Of a stretch of 64,000 bases of DNA, positions 14,301-28,261 are shown piece after piece. How positions within the stretch are numbered: the first letter of the stretch is position 1; every line of letters begins with the position of its first letter. The stretch is from contig NW_003526941.1 in NCBI RefSeq assembly GCF_000181795.1, positions 2,978,195 through 3,042,194 of the forward strand, given 5' to 3'. The notes beneath the pieces were generated by a model. It ran no database searches and was not told the origin of the DNA. It saw only the letters and a program-made list of their open reading frames with translations. Origin of the DNA: Trichinella spiralis (Eukaryota). The position numbers and the translations under genes are program-made.

Positions 14301-14532
14301 AAACTTTATTTTAAAATTTCACTTTTAGCTACAACTATCAAAGTTCGCTATAGATATAGCCTAATTAAAGAAATGTCAAAATTTTAATTTCAAAATTCTA
14401 ACAAACAAAGGGTCAAGTTTTCTTAAATGTCCGATACATTAAAACACGCTAACAAGCAAATTACTCAGTGTTAAAAGTAAAGTTATAATTTCAGGAATTT
14501 ATTAAAAATGCCTACAATTTTTGCATGTATGC

Positions 14533-14558
14533 ATATATATATATATATATATATATAT
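14533..14558. repeat. (AT)n microsatellite
   Basis: Uninterrupted AT dinucleotide run of about 13 units. Confidence 0.9.
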
Positions 14559-17056
14559 GAAGAAAGAAAAAACCGACAAATGTATTTAAGTTAAAAATTA
14601 TTTCAACAATCTTTTCCAAGTATATTTTTTGCATTTGACAAAAATAGTACAACAAATCTAACAGCTACTATGCCTTTCCACAACATGATGCATAATTAAC
14701 TATAACCAAAAAAGAAGCTGTCGATTCCATAATTAAATCGAATATAATTGAAATGAACCAACTTCCATCAGTGCCATGGAAATTCTTATCAGTAAAAATT
14801 TCAAAAGAAACCAAAAAAAAAGATAACATCCCCAACGTTCATTTACATGTGATGCAATAATTATTGAAAAAGCAGGCTGTATCTTGAATGTGAAGTGTAT
14901 CTTAAAACGTACGTATGATGAAATGTAAAAATAAATAAATTCTAAAGTTTTCGTTTTAAAGAAACATGTAGTAAATAAAGCTTAAATCATCATCAGGTAA
15001 CAGAAAATGAGCAGATGGCTGAGTGAGATTGCATGTGGAAGTAAACTTTCAACTCGAACAAAATTTTCAAAATTAAGCAAATAAAAGAAATTTTTATGGA
15101 ACTTGAATGAATAAGCAAGCACGCATGACTTTTCCTTTCTCATCGACACACGCACAAGTATACAGGATAAATATAATTATACTTTCACACACACACACAC
15201 ACACGTAAAGACCTAGATGCCTGTCCTCATAAATTAACACTGCAGATGTCAATCGACCTCAGTTTTATACCGACAATGTATCATAATTAATACCCAATGT
15301 TTAAAGCCACTTGCACGCTTTGCCACCCGCTGTTGTGGTCAATTGTCCATTGACATGCACTGGCAATTCACTGAAAACAATCAATCAATTTAAACGTTGC
15401 AACGTGGTATTAAATTATACAATAAAACGATCCATTCTCTCATAAACCTGAATCTTGCAATTCTTGCAGATTATAAATAATGATTATATTAGCAATTTTG
15501 CAGAGCACAACCATCTGCGGATAAAACTGAAAATGGAAAAGAGAGAATGGAGAGTCTGCAGATGAAATGCTTCCTCGACTGGAAAATCCTGTCGTCGGTC
15601 AAACAACAACGGCCTACGATGATTTCAAAAAAGCGCCTCCGGCTAGCTACTTCTTTTCAGCAATCAGTTCAGCTTCGGCTATCTGGATAAATCAATTCTG
15701 AACCCATTCTGACCATAAGAAAACAATTTGCGAAAATCTGTTGCTACCGTTGTCATTAAATGAAAATAAAGACTGCTTTCTACATACATACAGCACCGGA
15801 AGGTGTAAAAATCAACATCTCGCATGACGAAAATATGCTATTATGGATAGTAATGCAAACCTCGCTACGACCTAGTTGTAGTGCACTTTCGGCTACAATT
15901 ACAGTTGCAGGATGTTTGCATTGAATTGAGTTGGAGAATGACGGAAAAATATGCCCAGGCGGTCAAAAAGCCAAAGCTGCTTGCTATTTTACAAAAACAG
16001 TCAGCATTGAAAAGGAAAATCTACAATCAAGCAACAATTTTCAAACTTACAATCACCTAAATTCTAATTTTTCAGTTTCGTCTTTCAAACCGGTTGTCCA
16101 AATAGCATCCCAGTGTTGACTACAATATGCCATGCAAACAAGAACGCATCGCATAAATTCAAAAGTATCACATCGAAATAATAATAAAATGTAAAGTGTA
16201 AGCATTTCAAGAAAAAAAACCGACAAAAATAACAAATGAAACTTTGTCGGAAAATGATAAAAATCAAAATCTGCGCCAAGATTGGAATGATAAATGGGAT
16301 TTTTTACTTCAATTTTTCCTTTACAACATTTGCATAACGCCTCAATGATCCCTTCACGTAATAAGCTGATTAAAATTGAAACTGAAAAATTGCAAAAAGC
16401 AAAATAAAAACCAGTTGTATTAAATTTCAGATTAAAACTGCTGAACCAGCTTCAATACTGACTGGCTGCTCTTGTTTCTGGATAAAAATAGTCCCTTTCA
16501 TCCAAGTGCAAGTTAGCTTTGAATTATTAAAATTTAAAAGAAAACAAACAATTTCAAATAATTTTCAATCAAACAAAATTCATTATTTATCAAAAATAAA
16601 TTTCAAATGATTCAGATAGAACGAATAAGAGAAGAATAGAAAATATCCAATTCTGTTCTTAATTAATTAATTAATTAATTAAATTAAGTGAACAATTGAT
16701 TACACGACTGAAGGCGAAGTTCAAAAAGTAACCAACAATAACGAACCAATGCTTGGCGTTAAATGTCTGAAATGATTACATGACCAATTAAGTATGTTAT
16801 AGGCCATTCATTCAGTATGTTGAAAAGCTTGCTCAAAGGGGAAGTGGGTTACTGTTGAATAAACAACGTATGTTATAATGTATGACTGCGAAATTTCAAA
16901 TGCGATATTATTAACCAGGTAATGGAACAGGTTGCAGTGCGACTGGGAAAAAAATTTTTCACCAAATGGTAGCCAGCATCTATTATCATGGTAACAATCT
17001 GCTAACTTTTCCTCAGTCTTCACCACACCTTCTTCAACAGCAAGAATAACAATAGA

Positions 17057-17057
<1 letters not shown>

Positions 17058-17088
<31 letters not shown>
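17058..17088. repeat. (TAA)n microsatellite
   Basis: About 10 perfect TAA units. Confidence 0.9.
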
Positions 17089-17089
<1 letters not shown>

Positions 17090-20000
17090 CTGTTAGTTGA
17101 TGTGAAAAGCGTAAAAGAGCAAGAAAATAAACATAAATCAGAAACGAAATGGTCAAACAAACTTTTGAATGTTACGCCTACGGGATCAGCATCAAAACTT
17201 GTCCCATGATTGGTTTGTGAAAGCGAAAAATTAACGCACCCTCAGCAATGAAATATTGAAATGCAATCGCTCAAAGAACCTCAACGCTCAAAAATGTCCA
17301 AGCAAACAAGCATATAATTGAGACAGAACAAGCAGAAATTGAAAAAGAACATTATTTTCCACTTACTGATTGATAAGCTCGTGCAAGCTAATGGAAAAAA
17401 CTAGAACTGTGAAGATAACTTTTGAAAAGTTATAAAATTTCATAAAGGAAAGAAAAAAATGATAAAATTCATCGATCACACATCGTAAATTGTATAAGTG
17501 GTACTACATGAATCATGAATCAATGAATTATCAAGGAAAACATTAAAATGAATAAACAAAGAAAAAAGAAATAAAACATGCCAGTGGGATAGTTTGCAAA
17601 CACAGTTTGCTTTGCAACTAACTCTTTTAAATGATCGAAAATTAAGCTATCGTCGTACAAATGAAAATTCATATTTATGGCAAATCATAAAATAGTTATT
17701 ACTTAAAAAAAACAGAAAAATTACTAAAATCACTCTCATATTTCATTTGAAAGATCAATTTTCACCTCATGTAAAATTAATGATTCATTTGTCCAAATAC
17801 TTTTTGTGATTTGCAAAAAATGATCAAACGAACAGAAACATTCGCTATCTTGCTTCACTATCTTCCCATGCACATGTGGTTTATTGTCATATTACTGTAA
17901 AGAAAAAAATACGCACAAACAACTAACTAACTATTAAGATGAAAACGAAAAATACGATATTCGTTGTTGCTGGTCCACTTTTGTGTTCCCAGCAGCCTGC
18001 TTGTTACCTACTGAATTCCAGGTCAAAGCAGTAAGTTCACCAACAACTATAATCAATATGCGAAACTGTTGTACTGATGATTTTTGAAAAATTTTTAAAT
18101 CTTTCCAAATATTACCATACCACTCAGCTCTTCTTAATTATTAGAAAAATCAAATTTCAAAATACATGCATTTTGTGCTGATGGTGGTCTTTTTATCAAA
18201 TATTAACTGATCGTTTATACGTTTTTTCCGTGTTGTAGCTAAATGAATCCATCACCTGGCTCTTTCTGTGAAACTAGCTTGGCGGCATTTTATGAAATTG
18301 GGCGAACGAAACAGCCAACATAATCTAATCTTTGTCTGTGAAAAGCGCCCCGCGGCATAACTGATTAGAAATCGTCAATTTCAATCTTCCACTGCTGTCA
18401 CTGATGAACAATCAGTATTACTCAATTTCGCATGACAAATTGATTAATAAAATTAATGGAACACGGAACAAACAAAATAAATGAAAAGTAAAATTTTAAA
18501 GATATAAATAAATCCCCCTCAACTCTGATGTATACGACGAAAATGCTTCATCATGCACATTATAAATATATGTTGGTAAAGAGGTAGCACTATTTTTCGA
18601 AACAACCAGTAATAAAATCTTTTGAAATGTCAGAATTTTTCAATTATTCATCACGGAATGAACACAGCTTCCTGCAGTCTTATCCCTCTTAACAATAATT
18701 GCATCTTACGTTAAGATGATAATTCTACAACAACATACCGCATACCCTAGTTGAAGAAGCTACATTTTTGCAATAAATAAATAAATATGTCCGCCATATC
18801 TTGCACGTTAACCAACATGCTTTGTTTAAAAATAATTATACGTTATTTTCACATTTGAAAATTAAGCAAACAGAAAATTGTGTGATTCTGATTTGGGAAA
18901 ATTTTCTTCTTATACAAAATTGAAATAAGAAAAGCAGTACATTATTATATCAAGGCAAAATTTCAATATTAATCATACTGTCATTTGATGTTATCAAAAA
19001 CCATAATCAGACGACAATTGACAGAATTTCACTTTTCCCACTTTCGAAAACAATTCAATATTCAATCAATCGCTTCACTGAAATAGTAGCAAAATTTATC
19101 TTCATCATCTCATTTTTTCCATTTTAGTTCTAACTGTTCCACTATTGTTCAACATTAACAACTACAAAATTTTTAAAGCTAATTGCAATTAATTGCAAAA
19201 ATAATAATAAATATAAACGAAAAAAAATATTACTGACGTATTATTTATTATATGACTTATTGATTTCGTGTATCTGATTATTTTGTTTGCTCAACTGTTG
19301 GAAAATAACAACGAAGGGTGCTACTGAAAAATGCAACCAACAACTACTAATACGGATCTGATCATTTTTGCTTTGCTAGTGTGTATAGCAGTGATTGAAA
19401 AGAAGCAAACAAACATTATACATCAAGAAAAGCTTCAAAATATAGCCCATCAATTGAAGATATTGAATTATTTATACTGATTTTTTAAAAGTATTTAGCA
19501 ATTTTTGGGTAGGTAAAATATGAAGCATTAAAAGAATGAAGATTGAAAATGCTAGTAGCAAGAAATTGCCGCATTTTGGGCTTTCTTTGTGCAATAGAGA
19601 ACATTACTTTTACAGATAAACTTACTAAAAATGGGCAGAAATTCTGCGAGACGAAATACCAATAATGCAAGAATAGCATTTTTCACTTTGAAAAGTGAAA
19701 TAGAAATTCTATACTTAAAAAGATGAGGAAAAGACCGACGGAAATGGTATATAAGATAGATATATGCGTGCAGTAGCTTTCGTGTAGGTAACCAAAATTT
19801 CGGCTAGTGTCAAAAGAGACAACAAGCTCGTCAACGGTGACGTTCCAAACAAGAAAAGTGCGTTTCACTACTTACTGCCCGAACTTGTTGGTTATGAGCG
19901 GAAAAACAAGTCGCTCAGTATTGTTTATTAAGATGCCCTGCTTTTAGAAAGATAAACGTTCAAGGTTCGTAACCACAACTCTCTGCTAAACTGAATATAG

Positions 20001-23000
20001 CCATATCTAGTGTACATATACATATACATATATATATATATATATATAAACCATAAGCTGAAAGTCTGATTGAGGAGAAAATAGCATCTAAATAATCGAA
20101 ATAAAATGATCATCACCATCAGAATAAATAGAATTGAAATCACTTCAGTAATAATAAATGGGAGAAATAAATTCAACTAAAACTTTCCCATATCAAACAA
20201 ACTAAACATAAAACAACCATTCTGAGAATAATCATGCTTGTCTGATGACTGTGTCTGTCTGTGAAGTTGCAAAAAGGTGATGGGAAATGATTCACAAAAC
20301 ATGTACAAACAGATAAACAATGCAAAATTTGAAGTGAAAAAAATAATAACGATAAAACAAAAATTTTATCAATCATCCATCAATGACGAAGCAAAACAAA
20401 GTGGGAGAAGCTTTTCACAAAAAAGTCGCCTTGAATAATATTCAGTTGAAAACCTACCTCGAAGGTGCAAAGAATGAATACTTTAATTAATTATTCAAAT
20501 TAAGCTGATCATTTTAAACAAGAATAATAACGTTGTAATTTTCATTAGACGAAATCTATTTTCTTCCTTTCCAAACTGTGAGTTGTTTGATTTGAAATTA
20601 TCGATAGCAACTACTTCCCAAGTGCACTCTTTTCGTTAACAAACGACTTTAGTTAAATTTCACAATAATTTTCTAATAAAAATTGTTTTAAATTATAATT
20701 TGTTCTTTGAAATAAAGGGAAGAAAGATTTCATACAACGATGATGATATATGTGCATGAAAGATTTTGCCTTTCAGAATCAATGATTACTATTACATTTT
20801 CAATACAACTGATAGAAGACATGAGCAAGTCTAATTTAAAATGTTAAAATCAAAACTGTCATAATAGAAGTAAAAAGAAAAAGAACTATCTATCTCAATC
20901 TACCATCTCTCATATACCTCAAACGCTTGGAAAAGGTGATGAATAAAAAATATTTAATATAGGAAAAATATTGAGTTTTCTGAAGAATGGTAAATGTCAT
21001 TTTGCAATTGTTCAAGTTCAAAATTTGACACGAAACTTCTGCAATTCAGAAACCAAATAAAATTTGCTGATTAAAAATGATCAAATTTCAAGGCACATGC
21101 AATCAGGAAACGAAATTTCCCAAATCAGAAGACAACAAATAAAGGATGAAAGTTAATCGACAAAGAGTTCATTATTCAACTCTAGCCATGCAGTGTGTCC
21201 AATCAACGTTGAGAGGATTTTCCATCATGACCCATTACGTAAAGTTTGTGCTTCAATCTAATATTTATTATTATTACTATTATCATAAGCATCTGTGAAA
21301 AACTGTCATTGGTGCAAAAGTTGTCTGTTAGCTTATGAAATATTTCAGAAAAAAATTAAAGGAAATTAAATTTCCATCTGATAAAATGTATTATCGTTAG
21401 CTGCCCTTGATAATTTCACTTACAATTACATGCAAAAAAACCCTTCAAACATTTTCTCCACGAACGTTCAAATTTTGCAAAAAACAACGGTTATTCACGC
21501 ACTGCATTCAATGCAGCACATACATTGTCTGATGCATATCATCTTAATCTATTTATTTATGCATTAGTTGTTGTCTTTATTTTTTTGTTAGCAAAACTTT
21601 ACAACAATCTAGATTAGAGAAAAAGCTGAAATTATTCGATTTACAGGTAAAATAAATCAAATTATCCTACCGGAACAGAAAGAAATAAAAAAATTTAAAC
21701 AATAAATCAAAATCAAACAAAAAACAGAAAGTCATTCAATACCTAACGTCGAAGTACCAATTCTCTGATAAAAGTAGTATGAAATGGTCAAAGCTTGCCG
21801 ACTGCTACACGCCAGTAGCGTGAGATTGTATTTAAAATAGAAATCTAGATTAGATGCTAAAGATAATTTCCCAGAAAGGCAAGCAGAACATTTGCTAATT
21901 CTGATTCAATTACGCCAAACGCTATTGCAAAGCGCATCACAGAACCAACCAAAGCAGTTAAAGCAAACAGTTACCAATGACGTCAGAGTATTTGAAAACA
22001 ATTTCAATTCAAATTACAATGCCAGAGAGTTAAAAATTAAATTAAAAAAATAAAATTTAAAAAATTTTTTAAAAATTAAAAAAATTTTTACTGCCAAATT
22101 TTCATGTTTCAAATGTTTAATCATTTATTTTTGAAAAAATGCAGCAATTAATAAATTCAACAATTGAAAATGTCACCAAATCTCAAACCGTGCATGATGA
22201 ACGTGTATCTCAATGTAGGTTAAGGTAAAAATGTTAACTTCATCAAGATGCAGATCTGTCTGATTAGAAAAACTTTCAACATTTATTGAAACCTATACTA
22301 ACTTCATGTCAAATTTCAATAATATGATAGATCAATTTTTGGAACAGCCATAACCACCCATAACCAAAAGTATATAATTTAAAAAGCTATTCCCGCAAGA
22401 TACTGTAAGTAAAAATCATCAGGATGATTAAACATCAATTATTAAACTGTTGATAGATATTCATTTTTCAAACAACTTGTTTAAATGAGAAATTCCAGTT
22501 GCAGAACCTACAGGATCTAGATAATTTGGAAAAATATGTTGTAAAAAATTAACTAAACCATTATGAGCAAGTCATTTGCCGCCAAACTAACTTAAAAACA
22601 AACGTTCAATGCGGCAAATTCCATACAAGTTGTTGTAATAATGACATCAAATACATGCCATTGTTCTATTCAATTCCATAAATGATCATGATCTTTCTTA
22701 TAAACCATGGTCGTGGTGAAAAGAGAAAAAATTATTGCGTTATAATAGCAATTAGTTCGAAGTTTGCTTTCAGTGAATGCTTCATAAACGTACGTTTAAT
22801 GAAATGCTCGTCCATTTTTACCCTCAGGTAATTCATATTGCCGCAAGCCGCACGTTCTCGCAATTAACATTACTAATGGAGCACAACTGCAACTTGGCGA
22901 CTGAATTTCGAAAATTTCCAATCATCATCACTCATGACGTAAACCAAAGCAACAAACACGGAAAAGTGTTCACTAACATTCCAACTAGCTGTGATATATA

Positions 23001-23560
23001 GAAAAATGAAACCAAAACAAAGCAGCAAACCAATAAAAGAAGAAACAACTATCCCAAATTCTAGCCCTATGCTTGAAAATACTTAATTGGAAAGCAAAAA
23101 TGCAATAGATAGCTTCATTTAAAATTCCAACCTTCCGTATGACAAATAGCAGGATTGTTCTTTCAAATGCATATGCAATTGATTATGTCTAATCGCAAAT
23201 TATCGGCAAGTAATAGAAAACTAACATATAAACGTTACTAAATCAATTAAAAAAAAACAAAAGCAAAAGCATCTGAACAACAAGTAAGCAATTTGAAACC
23301 TACGCTTTCCAATCTCATTTGTAACCCTACTCCATTGCATACTGTGATGCCAACATGCATGAGTGTTTTTTGTAAACTTATTTCTTTATTTATTTGATTA
23401 TTATTATTATTTATTCATTTTAGGACTGCTTAATCTAACTAATATCCAATTGAAGCAAAATATAAGTATACCTATACCTTACTAGCGATGAAAGGTAGAG
23501 TTAACTGTTTGGGAAATTGTCTGCTTGCAAATTTGGTAAGCTTGAACTAAAAAGCAATAG

Positions 23561-25171
23561 TCAGTGAGAAAATGGGGCAATGAAGAACAAAGCTCCGACG
23601 AACCCAAATGCGACCACCAGGACGATGATGAATGAAATTAATTTGGCATGTGGTGAATGTGATACTGCCGTCAAAGTTGTGCTAAAGAAGCAATACGCGC
23701 GCGTTTAGATGAATCATTCATTAAACTTATTTTCGTAACTTTTCCAAGCTTTCCCATGAAAATTAACCTACACATGCAATGATGCCAAAGTCAGGAAAGG
23801 AACTAAAACTATACACGCACAAGTATATATACGGTACAAAAGTAGGAAAATGTACAAAAAATAGTTTCCATATACATATTTATTTAAATGTACCTACAAA
23901 GTGATGATACCTTATCGATTTTCATCTTGTCAAATATTTATTGCATTAAAATAAATCAAAGCAACGAACAATTACACCTGAGTGAATTATATGGCGAAGG
24001 AGGAAAGAATCACAAACAGCTCTGTGTTGATTTTTGAATAGTATGCAGCACCGAACTACCAACCAAAATGCGAGATAAAAGTAAAATTTTTAATTACCAG
24101 CACCACAGAATAAGACCATTGCACTCTGTTTAATGCTTGTATTATTAAAATTGCATCCCATTTGTACTTATCTTACTCAAGAACATCATTAATTTACAAT
24201 CGAATAGGTGTGTCTCCATGTCAACAGGCAACAGTTGCATACTACCATTAAAGCAACTACTGGCTATAAATTTCCACTAATTTTCAATCAAGCATGATAC
24301 GCATGATTATGATTCTTAACAGTACTATTAAGGCATTAAAAAATGATGAAATTACACACAAGCAAAAATTACTACTCAACAGCGCAATTGTTTTTCAAGA
24401 GAACAACAATTTTGATACGAATTTTCCTTTTTTTCAATACTTAATTAAATCTTTGACAGCAACGTCATCACTGTATGCTGGCAATTAATATAAACATACA
24501 GAAGTGTAATTTTGAAAAAACCACTTCAAAATGTCTGCAAATGAAAAAGTTTTATCATAATTTAACCTGATGTGAGTGCTTTAGCAGTGCTGATGAGGAG
24601 ATTTTACCGAAGATAGGAATAAAATTTCAACAGATGAAAACAAGCTAATTGAAGAGAAAGTACAATTCCTTCCAAAAATGCACAAATCAACTGATCTTAG
24701 AGAAAAATATGTAGTTGAAAGAGAGAAACCGAAATAACCACAGTAAGAAAAAACGTTTGCTTACCTGTGTAAAAAGAAGAGATGAAATGAATGGTGTTTG
24801 ACAGTCGCTAAATCGCTTTTTGGTTGAGCTTCACAGTGCTTGCTTTTTAGTACAGCAGCTTGCATATGCATTGTTTTCAAAGCCAACCGACGTTGATCTG
24901 AACACAGCAGTTTTTGTTCATTGAATGAAGATAAAAATGAATAACATTTTCGATAGGAAAATGTTTAAAGAAATAAAAGAAAAAAAAATGCCTCAAAGAT
25001 CGTTCGACGGTTTATCACAAATATCGATCACTGCACTGATAGTTGAAATTGGTCAAGCTAAAAGCGCAAACATTGAATTAAAAATATTTTTCCCTGTGAT
25101 GTAGTTTGATGAAAAACAATAAAATGAAATGAAATGAAATGAAATAAAAATAAGTCGATATAATACAATAC

Positions 25172-25203
<32 letters not shown>

Positions 25204-26259
25204 TAATATTTTTCTCTTATTCAAAATTAATCATATATTACTGTTTATGTAGTAAAATCGAGTTTAACACTTGTAAAATTATACGCGATAAGATAAATCA
25301 AAATGCCACAATCGACTTCTTAATTTTTCATGCAAAACATTAAAATCCCATTTAATAAAAAATAATTCAAAACAACAATTCTTCAAATATAGCTTTAGTA
25401 CGCTCTGTAAATTTCTGTTGCCACACAAATGAGCAAATAAGCAACGATAAACAGATGCAAGCTAGCTATTTAATGTTTTAATACCGCTTTGTGGGTTTAA
25501 AAAACATTTTTCTCTTCAAAACAGTTGTTAATTTCTGTCTCGACAGTTGCACAAATTGGAACTGCATACATCAGTAACAAACAATATACAAAAACAAGCG
25601 CTACATGCAATTAACATTTTTAAATTTGTTTGCCTTTCAGTTATTCACACGGCAAAAATTTGAAAATGTTGCAACAAAAATTTTCTCACAAGACGAAACT
25701 AATAAATTTTACCCCAAAAATTAATTTCACAAAATTCTCAAAAGATACATGAAACAAGAGTTAAGAATGTAATAAAAAAAGAAAAGAAAAGATGTACAAA
25801 AAATAGCCTAGAAAATAGCACAGTTCAATGCCAAAAAAGTCTGGTCAACATTTCGTGACGATGAATCAGCTTAAAGTATTTGAAATGCAAAATATGTTAT
25901 CAAAGTATTATTAATGAATGAGAATGGTTTCTTTTAGCAAAATTTTCAGGTCATTGTCAGAACAGTATTAAATTGAAAACGCGAAAGCAGGAAATTTTCA
26001 AATTAAAATTCTCCTACAGTACGACCACGGATGTGGCACCGCATCATGAACAGAAATAACGAGAAAGACTTGTTCAAAAAATGAAAATTTAAATTTTATC
26101 AATTAACATAATTGCTATTTCAACTGATAATTACTGAACAGTTAATAATAATGAACGTTATGTTTTTACAATTTAGCAATACAAATGTTTTACATTTACA
26201 AATGGTATTAAAAAGGAAAAATAGTTTTTACCTTCAATTCTGATGAATTCGACTACCAT
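23561..26259 (-). CDS. Hypothetical 93-aa spliced ORF with C-terminal transmembrane segment
   Basis: Exons 26259-26232 (donor GAAG|GTAAAA, phase 1), 24897-24765 (TTCAG|...ACAG|GTAAGC, phase 2) and 23681-23561 (CTTTAG|...TGA) join in frame. The product ends LISFIIVLVVAFGFVGALFFIAPFSH*. No homology was recognised. Confidence 0.3.
25172..25203. repeat. (AAT)n microsatellite
   Basis: About 10 perfect AAT units. Confidence 0.9.
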
Positions 26260-26545
26260 ACGATCGATTGGAAACAAAATCAAAAACAAAACTGACAGAA
26301 CTTATGTACGAGCTGAAATAAAATTTTATGATATTAGAAAAAATTGTTACAAAAAATTGCGATGCTCACTTATCACGCTGTTTTATACTTTGGGAACCTA
26401 TTTCAAATAATTTAATCCCTTTTAAAATTACTCAGATAAAGAATTACAACTTAATAATAAATATAAATAATTATAATGTATATATAAGCACTCACTTATG
26501 ATAGTAAGTGATTAAGCAAAGTCAATTAGTATTAATATGAATGAG

Positions 26546-26560
26546 CAGCGCCATCTGTTG
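26546..26560 (-). promoter_or_regulatory. CTCF-like binding motif (CAACAGATGGCGCTG)
   Basis: The plus strand reads CAGCGCCATCTGTTG. This is close to the bilaterian CTCF core (..AGATGGCGC..) and is isolated in very AT-rich intergenic DNA. Motif match only. Confidence 0.4.
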
Positions 26561-28261
26561 TTTGAATTCAAACAGTAAAATTGTACAAAAGGATATTTCA
26601 GGAAGAAATTTACACTGAACAAGTCTGAATTAAACCAAAATTTGAAATGCACAAATAAGCGTGAAATTAATTATAGATAAGTCTTTTATTTTAAAAATAT
26701 ATGAACAAAACATTTTTCACTTGATAAATAATTAACTCAACTCTTACTGTATTTTTCAGTGGTAAAATATGCTTTTGAAATGTTAAATTGAACAAAATGT
26801 TTCAAAAAAATTAGAAAAATTTAGAAAAAGAAAAAAATATCATAGTATCGCTGAAAATATCGACCATTCAAATATTTGAGAAGATTCATTTTGTGAATCA
26901 TTTTTCATGTTAACATTCACAGAAAACAAAAAAAACGGAGTTATAATTATCAATTTAATGATCAAATAATTGCATAACACGTTGATCGTTCTCATGTTGC
27001 GTCATTATTACTTTGAAACACAGAATAATACCATGAACAGTGAGTGCTACATTTAATTTACTAGAATCGAAGGTGAAAAGCATATCCATAATGCATCATC
27101 AGCACAGCAATTCTGCTGATAATCGTTATCAATAATCATTTGGAAAATTTAAATAAATTCAAATTCTAAAACGACTCATATATAGTTTGAACGGACGAAC
27201 AACAAAATAACCACAATCATTATTACTGAAGTCACCAAGAAAATAATAGCACTGTTTGCTAATTATTGACGATAGAAAAAATGAAACAATAGACAAAAAT
27301 GAATTGCTAACAGACAAAAAGCTTAGAATTGGATAAATAAATTGCGTAATGAACTTTTTTAATTTCATTTTTTATCTTGTTTTTAAAAACAGTTTTTTTA
27401 CAAAAATAGTAAATGCAGGTGTCGTCTTGTAAATTTTACAGGAATGCATTTCTTGTTAGGTAACTAAAAAGTTATAACTATTGACAGAGATGTTTCGATC
27501 AAACGATGAAAAGTTTTAAATTTCTGACAACAAAATCAAAAATTACAAACCCTTTGATTTCACATTTCACCTTAATTATCATTGACTGTAAATGATGTGT
27601 TCAACTTGATATTTTTTATTCCATCATTTTTGTACGACATTTGATTTTTTAAATTAATAAATAGACTTTAAAAATAAATATATACTTTTTTAGTTATTAT
27701 TACTATTTATAGAATTTTTAAATTCTATTTTATAAAATCTTACTGTTATCATTCACCACTCACTCACGTATTCCTTGTGTGTGTGTGTATGTGATTCACG
27801 AGAATCTTCATATCTAGAAAATAATACATATTTTATTTATAGTATGCTTTTAAAATGAAAGTTGCTTTTTCACAAAAGTTGACATGACAGGAAGAGAATA
27901 TTTTTAAATTATGGTCAATAAAAAATCGCTAAATGCTAATACAATCTGTTTATCAGTGATTGTTTTCCTTTCTTGTTTTTTTTTAACTTTGCCACATCTT
28001 CTGTCAAATTTTGACAATGTTGGTGACTAGAAAACATTGGTCCAACCGAGAAGGGCAGGGACGGGATCCCTTTGAATCAATCAGTCAATCAATCAGATGT
28101 ACTACTATAAACAAAAATGATGAAAGCAAAAAATAAAGTCAGGAGACCACCAGCAACTAGGCACAATTTCAGCAACGATGAATTGCAATTTTCGACGAGT
28201 AGAACAGTAGCATTCGCAGTCGTCGTTGCAACAGTAGATACAGTAGTTAAGTTAAGAGACT

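Noticed and set aside
7039..27368. Numerous 60-150 aa ORFs in crm-1 introns and upstream region
   Set aside because: F/L/I/K-biased translations typical of AT-rich non-coding DNA. Only the 11366-11208 segment matches CRIM1.
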